From positions 297,104,001-297,168,000 of the forward strand of contig OZ024741.1 of assembly GCA_964016885.1 (NCBI GenBank): a DNA stretch of 64,000 bases. Direction: 5' to 3'. The position numbers and the translations under genes were made by a program. Within the stretch, counting starts at the first letter, position 1. Each line of letters starts with the position of its first letter. The DNA comes from Eledone cirrhosa. Its lineage: Eukaryota. The notes beneath the pieces were generated by a model. It was not told where the DNA came from. It did not search any database and was given only the letters and a program-made list of their open reading frames with translations. This document shows positions 12,401-24,613 of this stretch, one piece after another.

Positions 12401-12940
12401 TACACCAAATACACATAAAAAAAATATGTGTGTGTGTGTATATATACATATAATTATATAAACATATATACACACATAAATACATATATGCACACACATA
12501 CCTACAGGTAAATACACATATGTTCACTAAACGTACGTCAACAAAAACACAAAGTACACATATATACATCTTACATACGTGCAAACACGCATACACACAC
12601 AAACACAAAATACACATATACACATAACCAAATATATATATATATATGTATATATATATATGTATGTATATGTATATCATCATCATTTTACGTCCACTTT
12701 TCCCTGCTTGCAAGGGTGGGACGGGAACTGATTCTGGCTTGATTTCTACAGCTGGATGCCCTTCCTAACACCAACCTCATTTACAGTGAGTGCTGGGTGC
12801 TTTTTTTCCGTGGCACCTCCACGACCACTTTGCAGTGGAATGATAGGGACCTCAGTCCCTATCATCTCATTTCTACAGCTGAGTAAACTGGAGCAATGTG
12901 AAATAAAGTGTCTTGCTCAATATATATATATATATATATA

Positions 12941-13600
12941 GAATATTTAAGTATCGTGAGAGAGAAGATGAGGAGGTCTAAAGGGACAAGCGATACACAT
13001 AGTTAGTTGCCAAAATGTTGTGCATTTGTGCTCAATACAGGGTTAATATTGGAAGCGTTAATATTTAGCAGGCGAGAAGATAAGCAGAGCGGTTAAAAAT
13101 GAAAGGATTACAAAGGAGAATATATACTGTCAGAACATGTTTATATAAAAGCACCTACGTATGTTTTGCCCGAAAAGGGCTTCTCAAGGGCATAGAAAAC
13201 TACAGAGTGTTCAGTACAGGACCCAGAAGGGGTTTTAAAGTTCATTCTTAGTTCAAACTTATGCGTTGTTATTGACAGAGCAAGGGGAGTAACTCTGGCC
13301 AGTGTTTGAATAATTGTCCCCAAAGGGCTTATTTCCCGTTCACATGATGGTGGTTGTCCATTACTAATTTGTGGGTGCTACTTTACTATTGTCAATTCAG
13401 GCAGGGCCTGAGATGCAGAGTTGTTGTACAGATGTTTATTTGCGCAGCCTACCCACCGGAGTCTTATGGTTTGGTGCAGGGGGACCCAGTTTATGGTTTT
13501 CATGTCTCTGTCACTTCCCACCTGAAGAAAGACTGCTGTATCCTGTGTCTGCAGTTTATCACCGATTCTGCTCTGCTGTTGATGAGCTCGAGGGGTGCTC
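12941..13600 (-). mobile_element. 3' fragment of a second PLE (GIY-YIG C-terminus, 3' UTR, decayed hammerhead)
   Basis: LINSRAESVINCRHRIQQSFFRW* resembles LNKKSEAISACKHK in the large PLE. A hammerhead-like sequence gcc-c-TTGAGAA-gccc-ttttc-gggc-AAAA-catacg-TA-ggtgc lies at 13151-13193. The fragment ends at (TA)n. Confidence 0.7.
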
Positions 13601-13714
13601 TTAGATTGTTTTTTTCATATATGAGTGAAATTTGCACATCGACTTTCGCACCAGTTCGTGTTTGAGGGTTCTTTTCACTTAAAAAATTTTTTTTATAAAT
13701 GCAATTTATAAAAA

Positions 13715-14000
13715 ATCTCTCAACCAGTAAAATGCCTAACCCATCATCATTACCTACCCAGAAAAGCTTATAACTAAGATGTTTACCTGCAATTAGTCTT
13801 GCTGAGGCACCACTCCATATCACCTCTTGCATGCAGCATACATCCACATGTCTTTTCTCTAGCATCTCCACTATCTCACCAGATCTACCTGTTAGAGTGC
13901 CAACATTAAGTGTGGCAACTCTGAGATGCGACATCTTCATATTCTTGTTCTTGTTCCTGTTGTGCGATTGCTTGATGACGGTCGGGAGGTTCTCGCACAT
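13715..14000 (-). mobile_element. RTE LINE 5' fragment (start of the APE endonuclease)
   Basis: LRVATLNVGTLTGRSGEIVEMLEKRHVDVCCMQEVIW. Confidence 0.8.
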
Positions 14001-14310
14001 GGCCACCGCACTACCGTGCGCAGCCCTAACATGGTTAGTGTTATTGCTGTTTACACAGTTGTTGTTGTGCGATTGCTTGATGACGGTCAGGGGTTCTCGT
14101 ACATGGCCGCACCAGCCATCCCACTATCGTGCGCAGCCCTAACATGGTTAGTTATTGCTGTTTACGCAGTTGTTGCAATTCTCACTTGTTGTGCTCATAG
14201 TTTTTGGCAGTAGTATATATACTGGTTGGATGCCCTTCCTAACACCAGCTCAATTTTACAGCATGCACTAGGTGCTTTTATTTGTGCCACCAGCACTAGA
14301 AAGATTGTCT

Positions 14311-14341
<31 letters not shown>

Positions 14342-14909
14342 GTATATAGAAAAACCTGGGACGAGCTGATAAACTCCGACCTCACACACTTACACCTCTC
14401 CAAGACAATGTCACTGGACCGAGACCTTTGGCAGTACTCAGTAACAGAGAAGACCCGCCTTACCTAAATATATAGTAAAACCTACTCCAGCCTGTAGGCA
14501 TCTCTAACAAAATACACCCCGTCCCACCACCACCACCCCCACCCCATCCACACCACCCCGTCCTATGTAAAGTTATGTTGGTGCCGCGCCATCCAGGCCG
14601 AAACAAATGAGATCGTGTAGGTGTCACGACAAAAAAACACACAGTCCACGCTGTAATGTGGCCGTGTAGGCAACACGGTAAAAACCTCCCAGACCCACAC
14701 TGTAAATGTGGTTGGTGTTAGGAAGGGCATCCAACTGTAGAAAACCTGCCAGACAGTCCTATGCGAGCAAGACAATCACTCTTGCCTCAAGTGGGACTAC
14801 CCCCGTCCAAACCCATGCAAGCGTGGAACACGGACGTTAAACGTTGATGATGATGATGATGATGATGATGATATGTATGTATATATATATATGTATATGT
14901 ATATATATA

Positions 14910-15813
14910 CGAGGGCAATTCCAAAAGTAAGGTCTCCAAAGCGATGGGGACGCAGAGAAAGTGTTCGTACGGCTGTTGGCAACACTGTTGTGATTGGTTT
15001 TTCCTTCACTCCCAAACAAGCATGCACGCGCTTCGCTGGGATCCTCAATCTTGGCTTGGCAGCCGTTGAGAATGGAGCTCCCGTTGAACGCTACCGCCAA
15101 GTGCGAAGTTTGCGCAGTTATTCGGTTTTTGAACGCAAAAGGCGTTGAACCGATTGAAATTCATCGCCAATTGACGGAAGTGTATGGACATCCGTGCATG
15201 GATGTCAAAAACGTTCGCAAATGGTGCAGAGAGTTTACAGCCGGTCGTACTGAAATTCACGATGAACAAAGGAGCGGGAGACTCAATTTCCGACGAGACA
15301 GTCGCAATTTTTTCGTTAAAATCCTGTGGATGGTGCTTCGGGAAACCTCAGGAACCAAAATGCAGAGAGCATCCAGTTGATCCGCCGATCTTTACGCATG
15401 TTTTCCTCAACCTTCGCAACTGTCTCATCGGAAATTGACAGTCTCCCACACCTTTGTTCGTCGTGAATTTCAGTACGACCGGCTGTAAACTCTCTACACC
15501 ACTTGCGAACGTTTTTGACATCCATGCACAACTGTCTATACACTTCCGTCAATTGGCGATGAATTTCAATCGGTTCAACGCCTTTTGCGTTCAAAAACCG
15601 AATAACTGCGCAAACTTCGCACTTGGCGGTAGTGTTCAACGGGAGCCCCATTCTCAATGGCTGCTAAGCCAAGATTGAGCATCCCAGCGAAGCGTGCGCA
15701 TGCTTGTTTGGGAGTGAAGGAAGCACCAATCACAACAGTGTTGCCAACAGCCGTACAAAGAGTTTCTCTGCGTCCCTATCACTTTGGAGACCTTACTTTT
15801 GGGATTGCCCTCG
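14910..15813. mobile_element. Palindromic mariner derivative made of two inverted 5' halves
   Basis: TIR cgagggcaattccaaaagtaaggtctccaaag / ctttggagaccttacttttgggattgccctcg with TA flanks. The transposase HTH (AVIRFLNAKGVEPIEIHRQLTEVYG...RKWCREF...DEQRSGR) is present on both strands; there is no DDD domain. Confidence 0.9.
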
Positions 15814-15836
15814 TATATATATATATGTATATCTAC

Positions 15837-15947
15837 GTACTCTGATGTGTTGACCAGAGGTGAATAATGTATTGGAGATCAAATAACGCAACTTCAAGCG
15901 ATTAGCGAACTCTAGACCCACATGATCAACGAAACAATTATCAGTAC
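15837..15947 (+). ncRNA. Degenerate type I hammerhead with a long loop II
   Basis: gtact-CTGATGT-gttga...tcaac-GAAA-caatta-TC-agtac, between (TA)n tracts. A9 is changed to U. Confidence 0.6.
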
Positions 15948-16299
15948 TTTAAATAAAGCCCTTATTGTACAGCCAACCATGTTAATCTTCATTCTTTAAC
16001 TATATATATATATATACACACACACATACATATATACATTATATATATTATTATATTTGGGGAGGGTCATATTGTTATAATATTGCCAGAAATAATAATA
16101 AAACACTCAGTTTGGTTTGGATTGGTTTTCACTTCTGTATCTTTTATATCTCTATAGTTAATTTATCTGGCAATTAATGTGTATCATTGATTAACCACGG
16201 GACGGGAACTGATTCTGGCTTGATTTCTACAGCTGGATGCCCTTCTTAACACCAACCTCATTTACAGTGAGTACTGGGTGCTTTTTACCGTGGCGCCTA

Positions 16300-16920
16300 A
16301 ATGACCACAAATGCCAGGTAGAGCGGTTTACTTTTAGCTAGGTACTTTTCCTGTAACTGCCTTACAAGGAAGAGAGCATCAGTGGTGCTTTTGCCTGGCA
16401 CAAACCCAAATTGCATCTCATCTATATTTACCCGGTCCCTATTCAGCTGTGCTATAACTCTTTCTGTTACTTTCATGACCTGGTCCATTAGCTTTATACC
16501 TCTATAGTTTCCTCTATCTAGTACATCACCTTTACCCTTGTAGCAGTTGACAATGATGTTGCTGCACCAATCATTTGGTATGATGCCCTCTTGTATTACT
16601 TGGTTAACAATACATGTGGTTATGGTGTGACCTACCGACCCAGATGCTTTCAGCATCTCAGCAGCTATACCCGATAGACCGGTTGCTTTCCCAGTCTTCA
16701 TATCCTTAATTGCTTTACTTACTACACTGCTGCTGACTTGTATTGCTGGGCCCTCTATGGGATCCACTTGGAGTAGGGTCTCTTTCTTGCATGCATTCTC
16801 CTCATTCAGTAATCTTTCATAATGGCTCTCCATACAGCTTTCTTCTCAGCAGTTGTGAAGGAAAGCTCACCTTTATCACCCCGGACACACCTCCAATGAC
16901 ATCACAATTTTCTCTAACAC
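16300..16920 (-). mobile_element. RTE LINE RT fragment
   Basis: MKTGKATG...YKGKGD..GNYRGIKL...QFGFVPGKSTTDA..LAFV. Confidence 0.85.
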
Positions 16921-17401
16921 ATATATAACATAAATGATATAATAGTTGACTGGTATTCATTTTGTTGCCAATTGAATATAGTTATGATGAATGTCAACAA
17001 TAATGGCATATTAACATTAAGCATGCATAAGGTATGAAAAGTATGTTAAATTCAAATGAGCTTGAGACAAAAACAACAAAAAGAAGTTTTTCATCGAGAC
17101 ATCACACATAAACCATGTTTCTTAGATTTTCTGTAATTAGATGTACCTGAACCTTCAAAATACTCTAAAATAAATAGCTTTGTATCATAGAACTAGAAAT
17201 AGTTTCAAGCAGTTTGGTATCAAAGGGGTTAAAGCAAGCTATCAAACATATTTCTAATCAGTGAGAGAACTCATGGGTTACTTGGTATAAGGAGTTATTT
17301 CATTAAAGGACAGAAGAAAGAAAGAAATAAAGAAAGAAAGAAAGAGAAAAAAAGAAGAAAGAAAGAAAGAAATGCCAAAAGGTAAAAAAAGCCAAATTTA
17401 C

Positions 17402-17999
17402 CTCCTCTGTTCAGTCGGATATAATGTAAAATCATCTTCTTCAATCTTTTGTTTTTGAGAAATCAAAGCCAGATTCTTCTCCTCTTTTTCTCGTAGTTTC
17501 AATTCCTCAACAGAACTGCTCCGATCTCCTTTGCGTGCCCGCTGTTCTGATATCAATTCCTGCTGTCTCCTATTAAACTTGGCCATTTCCTCTTTATCCA
17601 TAGAACTAAACACTTTGTTGAGAAGTGGGTTGTGACTCCTAGTTGTACTAAATGAATGATTGTCTGTTGGTACTGCTGCTAGTTTTTTGCCCATAGCTTT
17701 TCTGTTATCAGTTATGTTAGTATTTTCTGATTCGTAGCTGTTGTCTTTCACATCCAAATGGATCGTCTGGTGGGTAGAGCTTGCTAAAGAAACTACTGGC
17801 AATGACGATGATAGATTTGTTGTTCCTATTTGAGAAGACTTTGGTTTCAGTGCTCTGTTGATCATAGGTGTAGTGGTGTCTGTCTTTGCAATGCCATTGT
17901 TTGGTGGCTGGAAGTTCTTATTCGAGACATCAGTATCCACACTAGCTGTTGTCGCAACAACCGGTTTCAATAAATCTATTTCAGGGTAATCAAAATCCA
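17402..17999 (-). CDS. USP8: USP8 coding exon 8 (post-rhodanese linker and coiled-coil region)
   Basis: tttgcag|tg gat ttt gat tac cct (LDFDYP) ... INRALKP ... agg ag|gtaaat. 598 nt; phase joins the previous exon. Confidence 0.9.
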
Positions 18000-18219
18000 C
18001 TGCAAATAAAAAATGAATATTTTATTCTTTTATGAGGTTCAAACATGACTGTCTAGCTGAATTTATTTCACAACCACATGGTGTCAGGTTCAGTCCTTCT
18101 GCACAGCAAACAAAACAAATGTCTGCTACTATAGCCTCACGTTGACCAATGTCTTGTGAGTGAAATTTGGTAGGCAGAAACTGCAGAAGTTCGTATATTT
18201 AGTGAAACTTGAGGAAGGT

Positions 18220-18516
18220 ATTGAGTGTAACTTGAGAAAGGCATTGCGTGTAACTTGAGAAAGGCATTGAGTGCAACTTGGGAAAGGCATTGAGTGTAAC
18301 TTGAGAAAGGCATTGAGTGTAACTTGAGAAAGGTATTGAGTGTAACTTGAGAAAGGTACTGAGTGTAACTTGAGAAAGGTACTGAGTGTAACTTGAGAAA
18401 GGTATTGGGTGTAACTTGAGAAAGGTACTGAGTGTAACTTGAGAAAGGTATTGGGTGTAACTTGAGAAAGGTATTGAGTGATACTTGAGAAAAGTATTGA
18501 GTGTAACTTGAGAAAG
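18220..18516. repeat. 23-bp minisatellite, about 13 copies
   Basis: Unit tgagtgtaacttgagaaaggcat with variants; it abuts the USP8 donor site at 18524. Confidence 0.9.
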
Positions 18517-18524
18517 CTACTTAC

Positions 18525-18669
18525 GAGAGGGACTTGAACAACTAACATCAACAGGAGGTTTTTCTAAAGCTATTGGATTTGTTGACATCTGGGGGTAGTG
18601 GAGCATCCATTGTTCATATCCCCCTTCCAGAATAAGGGGTCTGTTGGCAAGTAGCACAGAACTGTCAAA
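18525..18669 (-). CDS. USP8: USP8 coding exon 7 (end of the rhodanese domain)
   Basis: FDSSVLLANRPLILEGGYEQWMLHYPQMSTN; AG and GTAAGT boundaries; 145 nt. Confidence 0.95.
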
Positions 18670-19426
18670 CTAAAGAATTTAAAGAAAGAAATGAAACTAT
18701 TAAAAGGATTTATACAACAACACCAAGTATTTTAACATTTTTGATACCAACCCACCTTAAACATTTCTTTTTCTCACACAAAACTTTTTCATGTTACCAT
18801 ATTGTAAAGTGGCCGTGTTGGTGTCATGACAAAAAGTACCCAATTCTTACTGTAAAGTGGTTGTTTTGGTGACATGACAAAAAGCACCCAGTCCACAGTG
18901 TAAAGTGGTTCTTTTAGTGATACAATAAAAAGCACCCAATCCACACTGTAATGTGGTTGGCATTACAAAGAGCATCCAGCCATAGCAACCAAGCCAAAAT
19001 ACAGATCCATATGAACAAGTAATGGTCACCTGACCTAACTTGTTTCATAACGTGACAACCTGTCTAACCCATGCAAACATAGAAAATGGACGTTAAACAA
19101 TGATGATGATATTTATATTTATCTAAAAATCTGCAGTCATAATTTTATGACATTAATTATTTTACTAAATCTCTTCATATTTCTGTTTATTTTCCAAATT
19201 ATTCAAAAATGTTAAACAATGTCTTTCATTAGAAATATGGCAACAAGAGGGTTAAGGGAAAAGGTACTCAATACTGTTAGGTAGAGTGGAATAACAATAT
19301 TTAAAGCTGTGTGTAAGTCACTATTCAGAGTTTCTTGTTTCCAGTTCTAAACATCATAGCCCGACATGGGTTCCCTAGAGGTAAGAAAAATAGAATGAGA
19401 TAGACATTAAAAAAAGGGAAGCTTAC

Positions 19427-19589
19427 TTTAAAGAGAGCATCTTGAAGGGTTTTCAACGGTGTGCCTGGTATTACATGCTCTTTTGTCGAGTTAAGGTCCA
19501 TCAGAATAATATAATCAACGAATTGCCTGTTTTTCCACAGTTGTCTAGATTCCTTTGGTAAGTGTTCCTCAATGTGCGAAACAGTGGTG
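19427..19589 (-). CDS. USP8: USP8 coding exon 6 (rhodanese)
   Basis: TTVSHIEEHLPKESRQLWKNRQFVDYIILMD...LKTLQDALFK; 163 nt; AG and GTAAGC boundaries. Confidence 0.95.
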
Positions 19590-20830
19590 CTAAACAAAGT
19601 AGAATAGATACACTGATAGTAATACAGTTTAATAAACATATAATAGTTTGGATTTTTTCCTATTGAAAAACAGTAAAAAAATTTCTTATTGCATTTGAAT
19701 TTATCCATTATTGCTATGTATGTCCAGTTTAAAATAGGTACACTGAATCTCTGTATCTTGTGACAAAAATGACTGGCAGCAGGGAAGGCATCATGCTGTA
19801 AAATATTGCCTCAATAACAACTCCATGATGAGTCAAAATACTATATATACATACAGTGTACCCCTAACAGTGTACCCGGAATTTTCCTAAGAACCTAACT
19901 TATAATTGTTTGTGGAAACCACTGCATATTCATGGAATCGTAAATATTTTCCATGATTTTTTTATGGCTTTTTTCGTAGCAATATATATATTTTTAACAC
20001 TAAATTATTAATAACAATATACCGTATTTGCCAGCCTATTGGACACCCCTTCGCATAAGACACTCCCTCTTTTTTTTATTATATTTTACATTATATTTTG
20101 ACATTTATAGGCATGTTTATGGATCACAGCCAATATTCACGGTTTTTCACTCTTTGTGAGTGCTCTAGGAACATAACCTCTGCGAATACCGAGAGAGAAC
20201 TGTATCATTGTCATTGTTGCACGACCACTTTCCTTGCTAGCAAGGGTTGGACGGGTCAAAATAGATCAAGCTAGTACTGCAGCAGGGCTACTGACCTCCC
20301 AAACAGGCCAGGGATCTGCATCTCACTTACGCACAGTTTTACGTTCCATCAAGTGCACAGGGGAGGTTGACATGTCATTGACACAAGTTAAGGGTCCTCT
20401 CAACCCTTTGTTTAGCAGGCTTTCTATGGCTGGATGCCCTTCCTATCACTAACTATTTACAGTGAGTACTGGGTCTGTTTATCATGTAAATCACCATATA
20501 TATATATAGCAGGGAAAGCAGACGTTAAAATGACGATGATGAGGTATATATTTTATGTTGTGACCTTGACTGTGTATGTGCGTGTCTGATTCTGGGTGTG
20601 CGTCTATGTGCATGTGCCTGTGCGCCTGTGTATGTCAGTATGTACATGTGTGTGTATGAGTATCTGTATGAGTATGTGTATGAGTATATGTACATCTGTC
20701 AGTGTGCATGTGTATGTAAATGTCTGTGTGTTTATCGATGTGAGTATGTGCTTTTGTATGCCAATATGTACATGTGTGTGTATGTGTGTGCATGGCTGTA
20801 TGTATGTATGTACACATATAAGGTTCTTAC

Positions 20831-21005
20831 CCTCGGGTTATAATCTCTGAAGGAACATTAATACATTCGCTATATTTTAGCCTAGATTTCTCATAATCTT
20901 CCACACACCGTACATCCATGATAATAATACTCGTAGGGTTATCTTGCAGTAAGGTAAACAATTCCATAACAAAAATTCGTTCATCAGAATAACGAGGAGT
21001 CACTT
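20831..21005 (-). CDS. USP8: USP8 coding exon 5 (start of the rhodanese domain)
   Basis: ELFTLLQDNPTSIIIMDVRCVEDYEKSRL...INVPSEII; 175 nt; phases are consistent. Confidence 0.92.
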
Positions 21006-22540
21006 CTGTAATAAAAGATAATAGTGGTTTCTAATTTAGACACAAGGCTCACAATGTTGAGGGGAAGGAGAAAGTTGGTTACTATACTGACCCTAGTACT
21101 TTACCGGTATTTTATACTTTATTTTATTGACCCTGAAAGGATGAAAGGCAAAGCTAACCTTGGTGGAATTTGAACTCAGAACATAAAGGGACGTAAATCT
21201 ATGCTGTGAAGCATGGTGTCCGACTCTTTGGTACCTGCAGACTTCTTTGTTCGGTTGTTTTTTAATCTCCAGGACTATTTTACCTGACTTGTGATTAACA
21301 TATTTTCAAATTTCCCCAATGCTTCTTAAATTACCCAAACAATAATAATTGCTTAAACTGCAATCAACATCATCATTTTTACATCTGTTCTTCCACGCTT
21401 GCATGGGTTAGACAGGTTCGAGGTCAGTGGTCGTGCAGGAGACACGGTAATAAGGCTCCCAGTCCACACTGTAAATGTGGTTGGCATTAGGAAGGGCATC
21501 CAGCCATAGAAAACCAGCCAGAAACAGTCCTATACGAGCAAGACACGGTCACCCAACCAATCTTACCTCAAGTGGGACAAACCCGTCTACCCCATGCTAG
21601 TGTGGAAGATGGACATTAAACGATGATGATGATGATATTTTCAAATTTCACCAATGCTTCCTAAATTACCCAAACAAAAATGATTGTTTATACCGCAATA
21701 TATTTTGTATGATACTCTAACGCTTCTGCCAATCCACTCCACCCCCATAATAATCATAATGATAATTTCAAAATGAGTTCCCCATACTGTGAAGGGATTT
21801 TAACTCCCAAAATAATAGGATGAAAAAAAAAGACAATAATAATAAATACCAAATAAACTTTTTTGTTGCCTTCATTTTACCATCCATCTTTCATTGTCTT
21901 TGCCTCCTTAATCCTTTAGCATTTGCATTACTCTATATTTACTATTATATTTTCATAGTAAACATTTTATTTCACATAATATCGAATCTATGAAATTTTG
22001 ATATTATCTATTTTGAGAACAATACTTTAACATCAGCGTGCGCAGCTGATTATGGCCAGTTTGAACAGAAAGATGCGAGAGAATTCTGGTCAGATATGGC
22101 CGGTTTCATTTTCTACATTTATATACTATACACAATATTTCAGCAAACTACAACATTCTATTATAATAATAATGATTTCTGATTTAGGCACAAGGCCTAC
22201 CTATTTGTATTATTAAGAAAGTTACAAGGAAACAAAGTCTGATAGAGACACTAAAAGATAATTATGTTTCTCTCTCTATTTTTCAGGAAGTTTGATTTGA
22301 AAATTATAGGCAATGTCATTCATTAGAAATATGGTAATCAAAAAGTTAAACTTGTTTCAAACACCAGCTAAATAATAAGAAAGTTAGTAATAATACTAAA
22401 TCCCTGCAAATTCTTGATTATTTTTTAAATGATTTGGAAATTATAGGCAATGTCTTTCATTAGAAACAGAATGGGATTAAATTCATTTAATGACATTAAT
22501 GTTTAGTGTAATAATTAAATATAATAGAATTTGTATTTAC

Positions 22541-22686
22541 CACATTTTTCTGAAGGATCATTTATTTCATCAACAGTGTTGTTACATTTTTCAGGATCTA
22601 ACCTTTCTTTCAGTTGATCACCTTCACTTTCCTTTTTCAATGTATCCAATTTCTCGGAATATGCCTGGGCTTTCATGAAGTCATAC
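22541..22686 (-). CDS. USP8: USP8 coding exon 4
   Basis: (R)YDFMKAQAYSEKLDTLKKESEGDQLKERL...; 146 nt; ttacag and gtaaat boundaries. Confidence 0.88.
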
Positions 22687-22714
22687 CTGTAATATAAAAA
22701 CCATTAATTAACTG

Positions 22715-22940
22715 TAGCGAAAGTGTGTAGCCTGGTGGTTACAATGTTGGTCTCATGATCATAAGGTCATGGGTTTGATTCTTGGACCAGGCAATATATT
22801 GTATCCTTGAGCAAGACACTTCATTTCATGTTGCTTCAGTCCATTCAGCTGAGAAAAAATTAAAAAACAAGTACAAGTAGTAGCCGGGGGTTAATCCCTG
22901 AACTGGACTGGCATCCAATTCAGGGGTGCTATCCCTGCAT
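22715..22940 (+). mobile_element. tRNA-derived SINE with a CORE/V-like body
   Basis: A-box-like tagcctggtggtta, B-box-like gggtttgattc, then ccttgagcaagacactt. Related copies are on minus at about 48040-48310 and 62560-62695. Confidence 0.6.
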
Positions 22941-23916
22941 ACCATAAAAGATGACCAAAAACTCTGGTGCCAAGAAGGACATCTAGCTGTGAAACACTGC
23001 CTCAAAAAGCACCCCCTAATAAGTATGAAGCCAGTCATGGGGGCCAGCAAGGCTAATCACAGCTTTAGTAGGGAATGTTGTTGTTGTATCATCATTACCA
23101 TTTAACACCTATTTTTCATGTTTTATGGGTTAGGCAGGTTGTCTTGTTATGAAGCCAGATAGGTCATGTGACTACGTCTTTCTCATATGATCTTTTTTCT
23201 CAGCTAGCCACCTTACAGGCTGGACTAGATGCTTTTTGTCAGGGCATCAGCACAACCACCTTACAGGGCGGCCTGGTTGGATGCTTTTTTATCAAGGAAC
23301 CAGCATGGCCACCTTAGAGAGTAGACTGGGAGCTTTTTTATTGACACCAGTATAACCACCTTATAAGATGGACTGGGAGCTTTTTTGTTGTGATACCAGT
23401 ACAACTATCTTACAGGGTGGACTCAGAGCTTTTATTGTGACACCAGTACAACCACCTACAGGGTAGACTGGGTAATGTTTTCTTCTTAAATTTTATTTGT
23501 TATTTAACTGTAGGAGATGAATTAACTGAGTCATTAGAGTGTCAGATATTTTGCCACAGTATTTGTTCTGTCCCTCTGTGCTCAGAGTTCAAATACATGC
23601 TGAAATCAACTTTGTTTTATCATCCTTTTGGAGCCGATAAAATACCAGTCCAAGAGTAAGGGATTGGCAGAATTGTTAAAGAGTTAGCTGGACAAAATGC
23701 TTTGTAGTATCTATTCTAGTTCTTTGTTATAAAATCAATTTGAAAGGAAGGAGAAAGTCAATTAAATTGACCCAGTGTTGTTACTGGTACTTTATTTTAT
23801 TAACCCTGTAAATATGAAAGGCAAAGCTAACTTTGGCAGGATTTGAACTCAGGATGTAAAGGGCCAGAACAAATACCACTAAACTTGCGCCTAATAATAA
23901 TAATAATAATACTCAC

Positions 23917-24002
23917 CTATAATTCAAACTTTTCTGTAGGCATTCTGCTTGTTTTATAGCTTTTTTCAAGTTCTTAGTCCCAATCATGTCATTATAATAT
24001 GG
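23917..24002 (-). CDS. USP8: USP8 coding exon 3 (MIT-like N-terminal domain)
   Basis: PYYNDMIGTKNLKKAIKQAECLQKSLNYR; 86 nt; catcag and gtgagt boundaries. Confidence 0.93.
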
Positions 24003-24570
24003 CTGATGCACACAACAAAAAAACAATATTTTACAACCAGTAAGATTAATCTGTGTTATTTATATTTATATAAATAAATGGGAGTTGTCAATGTGTGTAT
24101 GTGTGTGTGTGTGCATGTGTGTATGTGTGTGTGTATGTGTGTGTGTGTATGTGTGTGTGTATGTGTGTGTGTATGGGAGGGGGTACTCAGAAATTAGAAA
24201 AGGAACACCCAGGAAACTATGCATTTTATTTGCCAGGTCACCAGACAGGTAATGGGAACATTTATTTTGATGCATAAAGTTGCTGATTGATACATTTATC
24301 AAAATTTGATTGTTTGTGTCCGTATTCATATTAAAAAATCTGGCCATTTTGTTTTGCAATAAAAAGAAAGAAAACAAAGTAAACACACAAACTCATATAC
24401 AAAATCAGACACACAGACACTAGGTAGATACATGCATATTAAAAAATATACAGACATCGAAATGCAAATGTGACATAATAATGAAATAGGATGGGGGTGA
24501 TGAACAAGTATGAAAAACAGAGTGAAAAAGAGATAGACCAGTAATCTCTGATATGATACACACATACGTC

Positions 24571-24613
<43 letters not shown>

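Larger units (their letters stand above)
6820..12630 (-). mobile_element. Near full-length Penelope-like retroelement (RT plus C-terminal GIY-YIG, Naiad-like) with direct pseudo-LTRs and nested insertions
   Basis: Disrupted ORF 11736->9641: FIQFDINNYY, LYRDDGL (RT), WYNPPY, CNCRNRVDCPLSGKC, IVYKC..AYIGLT, CDLC..E, LNKKSE..CKH. The upstream repeat 11880-12630 is duplicated downstream in pieces at 6820-7300, 8105-8172 and 8690-8878. Confidence 0.9.

Noticed and set aside
12236-12713. ORFs rich in C/V/Y/I/H/T (also 20596-20850, 24066-24657, 6352-6670, 45708-46080)
   Set aside because: These are translations of (CA)n/(TA)n microsatellite-like DNA.
20146-20165. cactc-tttgt-gagtg hairpin as another copy of the PLE terminal motif
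   Set aside because: It lacks the inner stem and YY bulge, has no hammerhead or (TA)n junction nearby, and lies in a probable TA-flanked CAG...CTG MITE (about 19853-20204).
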